This document shows positions 1 through 9,270 of a stretch of 30,316 nucleotides of DNA, piece after piece. A program made the position numbers and the translations under genes. The stretch is from Candidatus Thorarchaeota archaeon (lineage in GTDB: Archaea > Asgardarchaeota > Heimdallarchaeia > Hodarchaeales > Hodarchaeaceae). Position 1 is the first letter of the stretch. Every line of letters starts with the position of its first letter. The stretch is taken from the NCBI GenBank assembly GCA_048882505.1, contig JBHLRO010000015.1, forward strand, positions 64,391 to 94,706. The letters run 5' to 3'. The notes beneath the pieces were generated by a model. The model did no database searches and was not told the DNA's origin. It was given only the letters and a program-made list of their open reading frames with translations.

Positions 1-324
1 AATCAGCAAAAAGTTATTCTTGGCAGGGAGTTTGCCAAAAACCCTCGTTTGATTATTGCAAGTCAGCCTACGCGGGGTGTCGATATCGGAGTAACCGAAA
101 CTGTCAGGAATAGCTTATTGGCAATGAGGGATCATGGTTCGGGAATATTTCTTGTTTCGAGTGATTTAGATGAAATCCTCGCGCTTTCTGATTATTTATT
201 GATTATGTACGAAGGAAATATCGTAGGTAGAGGCCCGACGGACAAGTTTCCTACCTTACGCATATCAACATTAATGGCAACAGGAAAAGATATCGATGTT
301 GTGGATCAAGAACAAGTTGAATGA
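1..324 (+). CDS. Nucleoside/sugar ABC transporter ATP-binding protein, C-terminal part (5' truncated by window edge)
   Basis: Frame 1 is open from base 1: NQQKVILGREFAKNPRLIIASQPTRGVDIG...VSSDLDEILALSD. This is the degenerate second NBD of CUT2/NupA-type ATPases, and it lies directly upstream of the permease. Confidence 0.92.
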   Translation, partial: NQQKVILGREFAKNPRLIIASQPTRGVDIGVTETVRNSLLAMRDHGSGIFLVSSDLDEILALSDYLLIMYEGNIVGRGPTDKFPTLRISTLMATGKDIDVVDQEQVE

Positions 325-363
325 AAATAAGAATCCAGCCGGATTTTTTAAGGAGTTGATGAT

Positions 364-2952
364 TTGACTTTTAGTCTACGAACCAGTCTATTAAAAGCAC
401 AAAATCGAACGGAAGGACTCTTTATAACCTTGATCTCCTTCGGTTTGGCTCTTATAACGATGGTAATTATCCTTTTTTTATTTAGCCTAGCAAATATTCG
501 ATATAACATCAGTGAAATCATTAATAATGCATTTATTGGCATTATAATCGATGAAAGCGGGGCTATCAATTTTGCCAGTATATTTGATGCTTTCCGTTGG
601 AGTTTACCTCTGGTTCTGACTGGCCTGTCAGTCGCGATTGCGTTTCGTGCCGGAGAGTTTAATATAGGAGGACAAGGACAAATGATCGTAGGAGGGGCAT
701 GGTCAGGGATCTGGGCAGCAGCTCTGGTACCCAACATAGAATTTCTAAAATTCCTGGACACCCCGATTTTGATAATTCCATCGACTCTTCTAGTCGGTAT
801 TATAGCTGGGGCAATTTGGGGAGGTATCCCAGGCTTATTAAAAGCATATACGGGAGCTCATGAAGTTATTACTACAATATTGATGAATTATGTTGCTTTT
901 GAATTTATCTGGTTTTTAATAGGAAGCGATACTGCACCCTTTGTCGATAGGACCGTTGGAGGAGATGCTTACGGTCAAACAGGCCCAATCTCCCATTCAG
1001 CAATTATCTTTCCGATCGATTCCTCGATTAATACTTTCTTAAGTTGGACTATTCTTTTCGTCATATTAACAGTCATTGCGATGTTTTTTGTGCTTTGGAG
1101 GACCAATTTAGGGTTTAAAATTCGTGCAGTTGGCTTTAGTAGTACGGCGGCACTAGCTGCTGGAATAGATAGCAAAAAATTAACGTTTATAGCAATGGCG
1201 ATTGCAGGTGGCTTGGCAGGTCTGGCTGGCGCAATTGGAGTCATTGGAATTCCTCCTTATAGATATGTTTTCAGATCAGAGGGTACTGCAGGTTTTGATG
1301 GAATTGCTGTTTCATTAATTGGTCAAAATAACCCATTCCCAATCGTGTTAGCTGCAATCTTCTTTGGATTTTTGACTCAGGGTAAGATAAACCTGGATAT
1401 AAAAACTGATATGCCATCAGAATTAATAGATTCGTTACTAGCTGTTGTTATATTGTTTGTAGCAGCTCCCGTAATTGCTAGTGCGATATATAAAAGAATT
1501 GCAAAAGTCTATGAAGTTAGAAAGGTTAGGGACATCTTTAGAAGAGAAAATATTGAAAAATTGTCTGCTGATGCAATAAAATATACAACTGATCTAATTC
1601 AGCGTTATTGGCTCTTGGTAGTTTTTGGAATTCTTTTATTAACTATTTATCTGTTTAGAATAGATATTGGGGCGGTTCTTTCTTTATCTATTGTCTTGGG
1701 TCAATTTATGGTTGGTTTAATGCCAATGACCGCGTTATTTGTGCTTCTAATGCCGATTACCTATCTGGGTAGAAAGGTCTTAAATTCCAGAGAAAAACTT
1801 CGATCTGGCCAACCTCAGAGAAGACTTATCTTTATTGTTGGTATTATCCTCGCCCTTTTTGAATTATCTACCATTATTATATTTGCATTTGCCTTGGCCA
1901 CAGGGGTTTCAGCAGACATAATCGATTTTCATTTTGATGTACTGAGAACCCTAGTTTCTACACTGACATTTAAGAATATGTTGAGATTAGGTTTTCCGAT
2001 TATGTTTGCAGCAATGGCAGCCACCTTTAATGAACGATCAGGGGTAATTAACATCGGTCTTGAGGGAATTATGCTGTTTTCAGCGTGGGGTGGAGCATTT
2101 TTTACTTTTGCATCAGGCGGAGACCCTTATGCAGGAATATTTGGAGGGATACTCTTTGGTACAATACTGGGTCTTGTACATGCCATTTTTACAATAAGCT
2201 TTAAGGCAGAGCAGATCGTCACGGGTGTGGCGATTAATCTATTTGCTTTAGGAATAACTGACTTGCTTACATTTGTAATTTGGAATCAAAGAGGAGGTTC
2301 TCCTACATTACCCAAATTTCCAAATTTTCTCCTTTCTGATATTCCAATATTAGGCGATTTTTTAGGTTCCCTGCAATTACAAAACTTCTACGGAGTTATC
2401 CTCGTTGGCGATCTCGATCTCCTTCGACTGATCCCCGACCCTCTTGCAATAATAAACAATCAATCAGTATTCTTGCTGACAGGATTGCTATTGATACCCG
2501 TTTGTCACTTTCTTCTCTTTCACACAACCTTCGGTTTACGTCTGCGGGTAATTGGTGAAGAACCTCAATCTGCCGCAACAGCTGGAATTCCCGTGAGAAA
2601 GTACCAATACATAGCTGTCATTTTCTCAGCGTTCTTGGTTTCAATAGGAGGTATATTCTTACCAATAGGGGATCAAAGCTATTTTTCATCAAATATGTCT
2701 GGAGGAAAAGGGTTTATCGGACTAGCTGCTATGATTTTTGGAAAATGGACAGTTATTGGGAGTGTTCTCTCCAGTTTGTTCTTTGGATATTTCTTCAGTT
2801 TGGCTGTTCCCATAAAATTACTCGTTCCCACGGTACCGCAGGACTTTTTTGATGTTTTGCCTTTTATCATAGCCATATTCACCTTGGCTGGAGCTATTGG
2901 ACTGGCAAGACCTCCAAAATCGATTGGCAAGCCCTACGACCCACAAGAATAG
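364..2952 (+). CDS. Nucleoside ABC transporter permease, two BPD_transp_2 permeases fused (NupB/YufP-like + NupC/YufQ-like)
   Basis: 862 aa, highly hydrophobic. The first half has AFRAGEFNIGGQGQ and GFKIRAVG; the second half has ERSGVINIGLEG and GLRLRVIGEEP...GKGFIGLAAMIFGKW. TTG start after AAGGAG. Confidence 0.9.
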   Translation: MTFSLRTSLLKAQNRTEGLFITLISFGLALITMVIILFLFSLANIRYNISEIINNAFIGIIIDESGAINFASIFDAFRWSLPLVLTGLSVAIAFRAGEFNIGGQGQMIVGGAWSGIWAAALVPNIEFLKFLDTPILIIPSTLLVGIIAGAIWGGIPGLLKAYTGAHEVITTILMNYVAFEFIWFLIGSDTAPFVDRTVGGDAYGQTGPISHSAIIFPIDSSINTFLSWTILFVILTVIAMFFVLWRTNLGFKIRAVGFSSTAALAAGIDSKKLTFIAMAIAGGLAGLAGAIGVIGIPPYRYVFRSEGTAGFDGIAVSLIGQNNPFPIVLAAIFFGFLTQGKINLDIKTDMPSELIDSLLAVVILFVAAPVIASAIYKRIAKVYEVRKVRDIFRRENIEKLSADAIKYTTDLIQRYWLLVVFGILLLTIYLFRIDIGAVLSLSIVLGQFMVGLMPMTALFVLLMPITYLGRKVLNSREKLRSGQPQRRLIFIVGIILALFELSTIIIFAFALATGVSADIIDFHFDVLRTLVSTLTFKNMLRLGFPIMFAAMAATFNERSGVINIGLEGIMLFSAWGGAFFTFASGGDPYAGIFGGILFGTILGLVHAIFTISFKAEQIVTGVAINLFALGITDLLTFVIWNQRGGSPTLPKFPNFLLSDIPILGDFLGSLQLQNFYGVILVGDLDLLRLIPDPLAIINNQSVFLLTGLLLIPVCHFLLFHTTFGLRLRVIGEEPQSAATAGIPVRKYQYIAVIFSAFLVSIGGIFLPIGDQSYFSSNMSGGKGFIGLAAMIFGKWTVIGSVLSSLFFGYFFSLAVPIKLLVPTVPQDFFDVLPFIIAIFTLAGAIGLARPPKSIGKPYDPQE

Positions 2953-3024
2953 TAAAAATAATGTTTAGGGCTATTTCTTAACCAGTATTTTTCATAATAC
3001 TGGAATATCTTTTTCTCCATATAC

Positions 3025-3969
3025 TTAGAAGGGAATTGGACTATATCGTGCCCCAAACCCTTTGCAGATCTCGCTTCCTAGTTTGACTCCGAGTTCAACA
3101 GATTTTGGGATATCTCTTTCCAGGGTGGTATATCCAGTGATAAATCCAGCACAAAATCCATCCCCGGCTCCAGTGGTGTCTATAACTTTTATTTTAGGGG
3201 CTGTTATGTGGCCTTTCATATCTTTCGTGACATAATAACATCCGTTTTCTCCATCAGTAATTAATACCGTATGCAATTGGGGGGACTCCTTTATTAACTG
3301 TAAACCTACCTTGCTGCACTCAAATCCGACGGAATGTTGAACAAGCAAGTGGAATTCATCACGATTTCCGATTAAAATGTCCGTAAATGGCAGAATTCCT
3401 TTGATGATTTCATCCCTACAGTTTTCAACCGTTGTAAATGAAGCTAGATTAAATATTACTTCAGGAGACTTTTTTTCTTGTTGTTTAACATGTTGAAATA
3501 ATCTCATCATGGTACTTTTGACGGGGTCTTTTTCCAACGTATACGCTGAGGTATAAATTATACTGCTCTGGAGCATTTGCGTGAGGGGAAGATCTTTCCA
3601 AAGTAACTCGTTTTGTGATTCACCATTCAAAACGAAGGATCTTTCTCCGTTAGGTTCGATTATGGCTAAAATTGAAGCAGTGGGGTAATCTTGAGACTGT
3701 TTTAGAAAACAATTAACTCCTACCTGTTCTAAATCACTACGTAGAAACTCTCCCATGGGATCTTTTGCAATTACCCCAAGAAAGGAAACTGGTCTCCCTT
3801 TAACTGCAAGCCAATATGCCACATTGGCAGCATCTCCACCCCCACACATCACTAAATCTTGAGATTGTATACACCCCCCGATTTTTGTGGAAGTTTCTTC
3901 CAAAGTGGCCCGACTGATGAAAATATCTACAGATATGTGGCCTAAACAAAATATCCTGTCACTTAACAT
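3025..3969 (-). CDS. PfkB/ribokinase-family carbohydrate or nucleoside kinase
   Basis: GGDAANVA substrate-site motif and DTTGAGDGF PfkB signature; lies in the nucleoside cluster. Confidence 0.9.
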   Translation of the reverse strand: MLSDRIFCLGHISVDIFISRATLEETSTKIGGCIQSQDLVMCGGGDAANVAYWLAVKGRPVSFLGVIAKDPMGEFLRSDLEQVGVNCFLKQSQDYPTASILAIIEPNGERSFVLNGESQNELLWKDLPLTQMLQSSIIYTSAYTLEKDPVKSTMMRLFQHVKQQEKKSPEVIFNLASFTTVENCRDEIIKGILPFTDILIGNRDEFHLLVQHSVGFECSKVGLQLIKESPQLHTVLITDGENGCYYVTKDMKGHITAPKIKVIDTTGAGDGFCAGFITGYTTLERDIPKSVELGVKLGSEICKGFGARYSPIPF

Positions 3970-4065
3970 GATGAGTCACTGCCATGAACTCGTCAACCAA
4001 ATTTACTGAAAAGAATTTAGCTCGAATTTATAGATCATTTAAGTTCGATTAGGAACGCTCAATCA

Positions 4066-4824
4066 TTATTGATTAGGGGGATTATCCGACCAAAGCAATT
4101 CAATGGCAGCAATAGCACATTCGATAGACTTCTGAACCCCTTGTCGAAACTTATCATCAATTTCACTATTTACCCCCTCGTCTTTTTGTGTACCTTCCGC
4201 TAAATTTCCATCGACAACAAGAATTGATCCTGTTTTCACATTTTTGGCAATTCCAAAAACGAACAGGAGGGCTGACTCCATTTCAACGGTATTTGCTCCA
4301 CATTTTGCCCAAGTTTTGTATTGATCTTTGACTGTTGAGTAATAAATGTCGGTTGTCCATACAATTCCAGAATGAAAATCTGTCTTTAACTTCCTTGCAG
4401 AATGGGATAACCTCTCATAGATTTCAGGGGAGGCAACCGCCGGAAAAGCCAAAGGCGCAAAATTCAATGACGTTCCTTCGTCTCGGATCGCTGCATAAGG
4501 AATTACTACATCTCCAATCTTCATGTCCAGTTTCAGAGCTCCACATGATCCTATCCGTATAAATACTCGGCCTCCTGCTCGATATGCCTCCTCAAGTATT
4601 ATGGCTGTACTCGGCGAACCCATTCCTGTAGTAAGTACAGAGACCGAGACGTTAAAATTGGGTGTTTTACCTGTATACGATACTAAACCTCTGTTACTAG
4701 CCACTTTTTGGGATTCTTTTAGATTGGAAGCTATTATTGGCACACGATCTGGATTCCCACTTATAAGACAAAATTCACTCACCTCGGTTATCCTGAGGTG
4801 TGGTTGGATCTTGTTTTCCTTCAT
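4066..4824 (-). CDS. udp: Nucleoside phosphorylase (PNP_UDP_1 family, uridine phosphorylase-like)
   Basis: SGNPDRV, TTGMGSPSTAI, FIRIGSCG, AIRDEGTS and VEMES motifs. Substrate specificity is not certain. Confidence 0.88.
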   Translation of the reverse strand: MKENKIQPHLRITEVSEFCLISGNPDRVPIIASNLKESQKVASNRGLVSYTGKTPNFNVSVSVLTTGMGSPSTAIILEEAYRAGGRVFIRIGSCGALKLDMKIGDVVIPYAAIRDEGTSLNFAPLAFPAVASPEIYERLSHSARKLKTDFHSGIVWTTDIYYSTVKDQYKTWAKCGANTVEMESALLFVFGIAKNVKTGSILVVDGNLAEGTQKDEGVNSEIDDKFRQGVQKSIECAIAAIELLWSDNPPNQ

Positions 4825-4993
4825 TACTAAATCTACTCCTAAGTGAGCGTTTACGTCAATTATTCCGATTAAAGTATCGATTATAGAAATGATTACTGTA
4901 AAACATCCATATTGTCCATTATAACCTGAAAAACAAAACTGTAAATATCGATTGTCAATTCTTTATCTGCCTTGAAATTTAGGCGGCTAGTAT

Positions 4994-5698
4994 TTGGTTA
5001 TCAAATCTTCGTATCCTAAAGCGGTGTATCGTCAAATGATTCATTATAAGCCAATCATCTGGGTTGAAGGAATAATTGGTTCAGGAAAGAGTACTTTTAG
5101 CAAAATGCTCGCCGATGAACTAAATCTAAGATTAATCTCTGAACCCGTTGATGATGAATATCTTACGTTATTTTATAAGGAACCTGAGAGATGGGCATTC
5201 CCTATGCAGATTGACTTGCTTCATAAACGTTATTCCTTACAGAAACTAGCTGTTTATGAGGCAAGTCTTGCGGCTGTTGGTGAGAGTCCCTTCCAAGGTG
5301 TGGTACTGGATAGAGGCCTGCCTGGAGACCGAGTTTTTGCGAAACTGCATATGTTGGAAGGGAACATTTCCAAAGTTGAATGGAAAACATACTTACGCGC
5401 GTACGAGACAATGACATGCTCTTTAATTCCACCAAGTTTGATGATTTTTCTAGATGTTGAATCTACTACTGCTTTTAAACGAGTTTCTGATCGTGACAGA
5501 TCCTATGAACGTGCAGGGGTACCTTTGGAATATCTGGAGAAATTACAGCGTGGTTATTTTGACCTATTGAGTGAAATTGAGTCTGGACAACATTCCTGGA
5601 GCCGTGGGATGGAAATTAAGCGAATTCCTTGGAATATCGACCATCAACCTATCAAAGGTATTGCAGATGATTTACGGAAGCATTATGACTTGAAATAG
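4994..5698 (+). CDS. Deoxynucleoside kinase (dNK family; dAK/dGK/dCK-like)
   Basis: P-loop EGIIGSGKS, EPV, W...Q...RY, LDRGLPGDRVF and lid RVSDRDRSYE. The true start may be ATG at 5036. Confidence 0.88.
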   Translation: MVIKSSYPKAVYRQMIHYKPIIWVEGIIGSGKSTFSKMLADELNLRLISEPVDDEYLTLFYKEPERWAFPMQIDLLHKRYSLQKLAVYEASLAAVGESPFQGVVLDRGLPGDRVFAKLHMLEGNISKVEWKTYLRAYETMTCSLIPPSLMIFLDVESTTAFKRVSDRDRSYERAGVPLEYLEKLQRGYFDLLSEIESGQHSWSRGMEIKRIPWNIDHQPIKGIADDLRKHYDLK

Positions 5699-5746
5699 AC
5701 AAAAAAGCAGTTTTTAAGGAAATTACCATATTCAGAGAGAATTGGG

Positions 5747-6343
5747 TTGCCAGCTATTTATAGGCCCGGATATTTGGAAGCAATTTTTGGACCAATGAAG
5801 AGCGGAAAAAGCGAACAACTTATCAGATTCTTTAGGGAACTAAATTATTCGGAAATTAAAGGAGTGGCTTTTAAACCAAAAGTGGACATACGGGATAAAA
5901 AAATAGCTTCCCGTGCCTTCGATTTTGACTTAGATGCCATAATAATCAACGAATCACACCCAGAATTAATTTTCCAACATCTTGAGGGTTCTGATTACAA
6001 AATCATTGGGATTGATGAAGCCCAATTTTTCGACAATAGATTGGTCGATGTGGTTGACGACCTATTAAAAGCAAAGTATCATATTATAGTCAGCGGATTA
6101 ATGCTTAGCTTCAGAGGCGAGCCATTTGGTCCTATGCCTTGGATCGTTGGCAGAGCAAACAAGATCGTACGCTTGACAGCAATTTGTGATTACCCGGGAT
6201 GCAATCAAAGAGCGACACGAACACAAAGATTGATAAATGGCAAACCAGCTCAATATAATACCCCATTGGTACTCATTGAAGGTACAGTTTCGGGTGAAAC
6301 ACATGAAGCACGTTGTGTACTCCATCATGTCGTCCCAAAATGA
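5747..6343 (+). CDS. tdk: Thymidine kinase (TK1-like)
   Basis: GPMKSGKS P-loop, IGIDEAQFF Walker B, SFRGEPF, and Zn-site C...C...ARC. Confidence 0.95.
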   Translation: MPAIYRPGYLEAIFGPMKSGKSEQLIRFFRELNYSEIKGVAFKPKVDIRDKKIASRAFDFDLDAIIINESHPELIFQHLEGSDYKIIGIDEAQFFDNRLVDVVDDLLKAKYHIIVSGLMLSFRGEPFGPMPWIVGRANKIVRLTAICDYPGCNQRATRTQRLINGKPAQYNTPLVLIEGTVSGETHEARCVLHHVVPK

Positions 6344-6491
6344 TTTTATTCTGATTTTACCCATTTTTCTCGAATTTACGCTACCGCTCTCATATTAGTT
6401 TAACCTCCTGAAAAACGCCCAATTATGTGCTTGAATTTGCTTTGGGAGTTACTTGTGAAATATAATGAGACATATATCGGTTTAAATCAAA

Positions 6492-7889
6492 ATGTCAGCT
6501 AATAAGTTTCCCCAGTGGTTTGGTAGCTCTGGTATTCGCGGCAGCCTTGAGGATATTAGTCCAAAGCTTTGTTTTGATCTTGGAAAAGCGGTGGCTTTAA
6601 CGCTAAATAGCCAAAATCCCGTATATATTGCTTCTGACATTCGTTCTACATCAAGCTTGCTGAAAACTGCATTCATGAGTGGTTATTCCAGCTACTCTGG
6701 AGTGGTGATAGATATAGGTTTAACGACAACACCCGTTCTCTCGTATGTCTCGGCAAACTATGAAACGCTTGGAGTAATGGTTACAGCCTCTCACAATCCC
6801 CCCTCTGATAATGGATTCAAATTTTTCTTCAATGGACGAGAATGTGTTGAGGATTTCGAACGAAAAATAGAAGAAAAGCTTCATTTACGAGTCGAGAAAA
6901 AAAATTCTCCTCATCCAGCAGTTCCTTGGCATAGAGTGGGTACGATCTCTTTTAAAAGTAACGTTCGCTACATTGAGGAATACCTAAACTTGCTATCTAA
7001 TAAAGTTGAGATGGGTAATATCGAATATAGAATCATTCTAGATTGCGCAAATAACGTTCCGAGCCTTGTGTCCCCGTTTATGTTCCAAAAACTAGGTTTT
7101 ACTGGCGTAATTACAATCAATGAGGAATTTGATCCGTTGTTTACAAGTCGCCCAAGCGAACCTTCACCAGAAAATCTTGAATTATTGATAGAAACAGTAA
7201 AGGAAGAGAAAGCTGATATTGGCATAGCACATGATGGGGACGGAGACAGATTTGCCATAATCGATGAAAAAGGGAATTTTGTATCTTCAACCTCTCTCAT
7301 TTGTTTCTTTTTGGACAATTTAAGAGCTATTGGCTCAGACAGAAAAAAAGTAGTGTTGACAAGTGATTGTACAATGCAGGCTTTCGAAATCGCGAAAAAA
7401 AAGGGGGTAAAGGTCGTTACTAGCCCGATTGGAAAACTCAGAATCTATGCCAAAAATCAGGAAGCATATTTTCTGGCTGAACCCTATAAATTGATTTTCC
7501 CGGAAATAGGCAATTGGATAGACGGAATATTCCCTGTACTAAAACTTCTGGAGATGTCACATATGAAAAAGATTTCAGAGCAGATCAAGCCTTATGATAA
7601 ACGAAAAATCTTAAGAAAAGCCTTTAGACTACCAACCAAAGACAGACCCCGTATTAAAAACCTCTTAAATGAACTCCCTGATATCTGGGAAAGAAAGATT
7701 AAGGAAGTTTCGACTCAAGACGGGATAAAGATCTTCTTCAAGGATGATTCAAATCTATTAATACGATTCTCAGGAACCGAACCCAAGATAAAATTCTATA
7801 TCGAATCATCTCTAGATTCGCGGAACGAAAAAATACTCAAAGAAATAATTTCTGTATTTGGGTTGCCCCCTCCTGGCTTTGATTGTTAA
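6492..7889 (+). CDS. Alpha-D-phosphohexomutase superfamily enzyme, probable archaeal phosphopentomutase
   Basis: FGSSGIRG, TASHNP (phosphoserine), DGDGDRF and RFSGTEPK motifs. The sugar loop LAEPYKLIFPEIGNWID resembles the AEPWKL...GPWID loop I recall for Thermococcus phosphopentomutase. The gene is in a nucleoside context. Confidence 0.8.
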   Translation: MSANKFPQWFGSSGIRGSLEDISPKLCFDLGKAVALTLNSQNPVYIASDIRSTSSLLKTAFMSGYSSYSGVVIDIGLTTTPVLSYVSANYETLGVMVTASHNPPSDNGFKFFFNGRECVEDFERKIEEKLHLRVEKKNSPHPAVPWHRVGTISFKSNVRYIEEYLNLLSNKVEMGNIEYRIILDCANNVPSLVSPFMFQKLGFTGVITINEEFDPLFTSRPSEPSPENLELLIETVKEEKADIGIAHDGDGDRFAIIDEKGNFVSSTSLICFFLDNLRAIGSDRKKVVLTSDCTMQAFEIAKKKGVKVVTSPIGKLRIYAKNQEAYFLAEPYKLIFPEIGNWIDGIFPVLKLLEMSHMKKISEQIKPYDKRKILRKAFRLPTKDRPRIKNLLNELPDIWERKIKEVSTQDGIKIFFKDDSNLLIRFSGTEPKIKFYIESSLDSRNEKILKEIISVFGLPPPGFDC

Positions 7890-8053
7890 TCCTGGGAGGT
7901 AAAACTGTAGACACATTTTTTAAGGTGACAGAAAACTTATGCACTACCAAACAATGAATCCAAAACAGAATTAGGCCTTCAAGTACTGATTAACATTGAG
8001 TCTATCACCAAACTATTAAAGAATTCGACGAAAAAATCTCTGGGATTCACATT

Positions 8054-9163
8054 ATGATCGAAAGAACACCAATCCTAAGGCTGGAGAACCTGATCAAGAA
8101 ATTCGGAGAGGTGATTGCTGTCGATGACGTAAATTTGGATATTCATGATGGCGAAATTATCACTTTGCTTGGACCATCGGGTTGTGGTAAATCCACAACA
8201 TTACGGTCAATTGCAGGTCTGGAAAGAATTGATGGGGGAGACATTTACTTCAAAGGTAACCGAATCACCGATCTAGCTGTACGAAAAAGGGATATGGCCA
8301 TGGTTTTTCAATCTTACGCGTTATGGCCACATATGACCGTGCGAAAGAACGTTGAATTTGGAATGACAATCGGAGATCGTCGAGTTCCAAAAGAAGAGAG
8401 AGAGAATCGCGTTCTCGAATCATTAAGACTAGTCGACGCCAAAGAACTAATTGACCGAAAACCCTCAGAACTCTCAGGAGGTCAACAGCAACGAATTGCT
8501 GTCGCTCGAGCTATCGTGGTCAACCCCGCTATCTTGCTCCTTGATGAGCCGTTTTCAAACCTTGATGCCAAGCTACGGATTGAAACTCGATCTGAAATTC
8601 GTCAGCTCATTAAAAAAATTGGCCTAACTGCCATTTTTGTCACCCATGACCAAAGTGAAGCACTTTCTATCTCTGACCGGATTGCAATCATGAATAAAGG
8701 GCGAATCGAGCAGGTAGGTACCCCCTTGGAGATTTGGGGGTCTCCTCGAAATGCTTTTGTGGGAACTTTCATCGGAGAAGCCAATCTGATCGAATGCATG
8801 GTTAAGGAAATCGAGGAATCAAGCGCCTTGCTGTGTTTGGCAGGAAGTAATGGGGATGAATGCTTTAGATCGAACCAAATTAAAGCGTTGAAACCCAGAT
8901 CGAAAGCACAGGCCATCCTGCGCCCACAAATGCTCGAGATAAATCAAAAAAGGGCCCCCTCAGAGAATTCTATAACGGGGCGAGTAATTGAATCGATGTT
9001 TATGGGAACTCTTGAATATGTCAAGGTTGAATTGGCGAATAAAGCTGTGATTATCATTCACAGGAAGCTCATACGGGGTAATCCTCTCGGACCAAACGAA
9101 TCAGTCTTCATAGAAGTCGATCCCGACCAAGCTTTTGTGTACGGTGGGGAATATCAAACCTGA
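8054..9163 (+). CDS. ABC transporter ATP-binding protein (MalK/PotA/FbpC-like) with C-terminal TOBE region
   Basis: GPSGCGKS, VFQSYALWPHM, LSGGQQQR, LLLDEPFSNLD and VTHDQ motifs. Confidence 0.93.
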   Translation: MIERTPILRLENLIKKFGEVIAVDDVNLDIHDGEIITLLGPSGCGKSTTLRSIAGLERIDGGDIYFKGNRITDLAVRKRDMAMVFQSYALWPHMTVRKNVEFGMTIGDRRVPKEERENRVLESLRLVDAKELIDRKPSELSGGQQQRIAVARAIVVNPAILLLDEPFSNLDAKLRIETRSEIRQLIKKIGLTAIFVTHDQSEALSISDRIAIMNKGRIEQVGTPLEIWGSPRNAFVGTFIGEANLIECMVKEIEESSALLCLAGSNGDECFRSNQIKALKPRSKAQAILRPQMLEINQKRAPSENSITGRVIESMFMGTLEYVKVELANKAVIIIHRKLIRGNPLGPNESVFIEVDPDQAFVYGGEYQT

Positions 9164-9270
9164 GAAATCAACCTTGAATTCACATGGAAGAACCTTCATG
9201 GTTTCCCAAATGATGAGAACGACGGTCTTCCGAGGCTAAATTAGCCTATGAAGAAAGTTGCACTTGCTGA

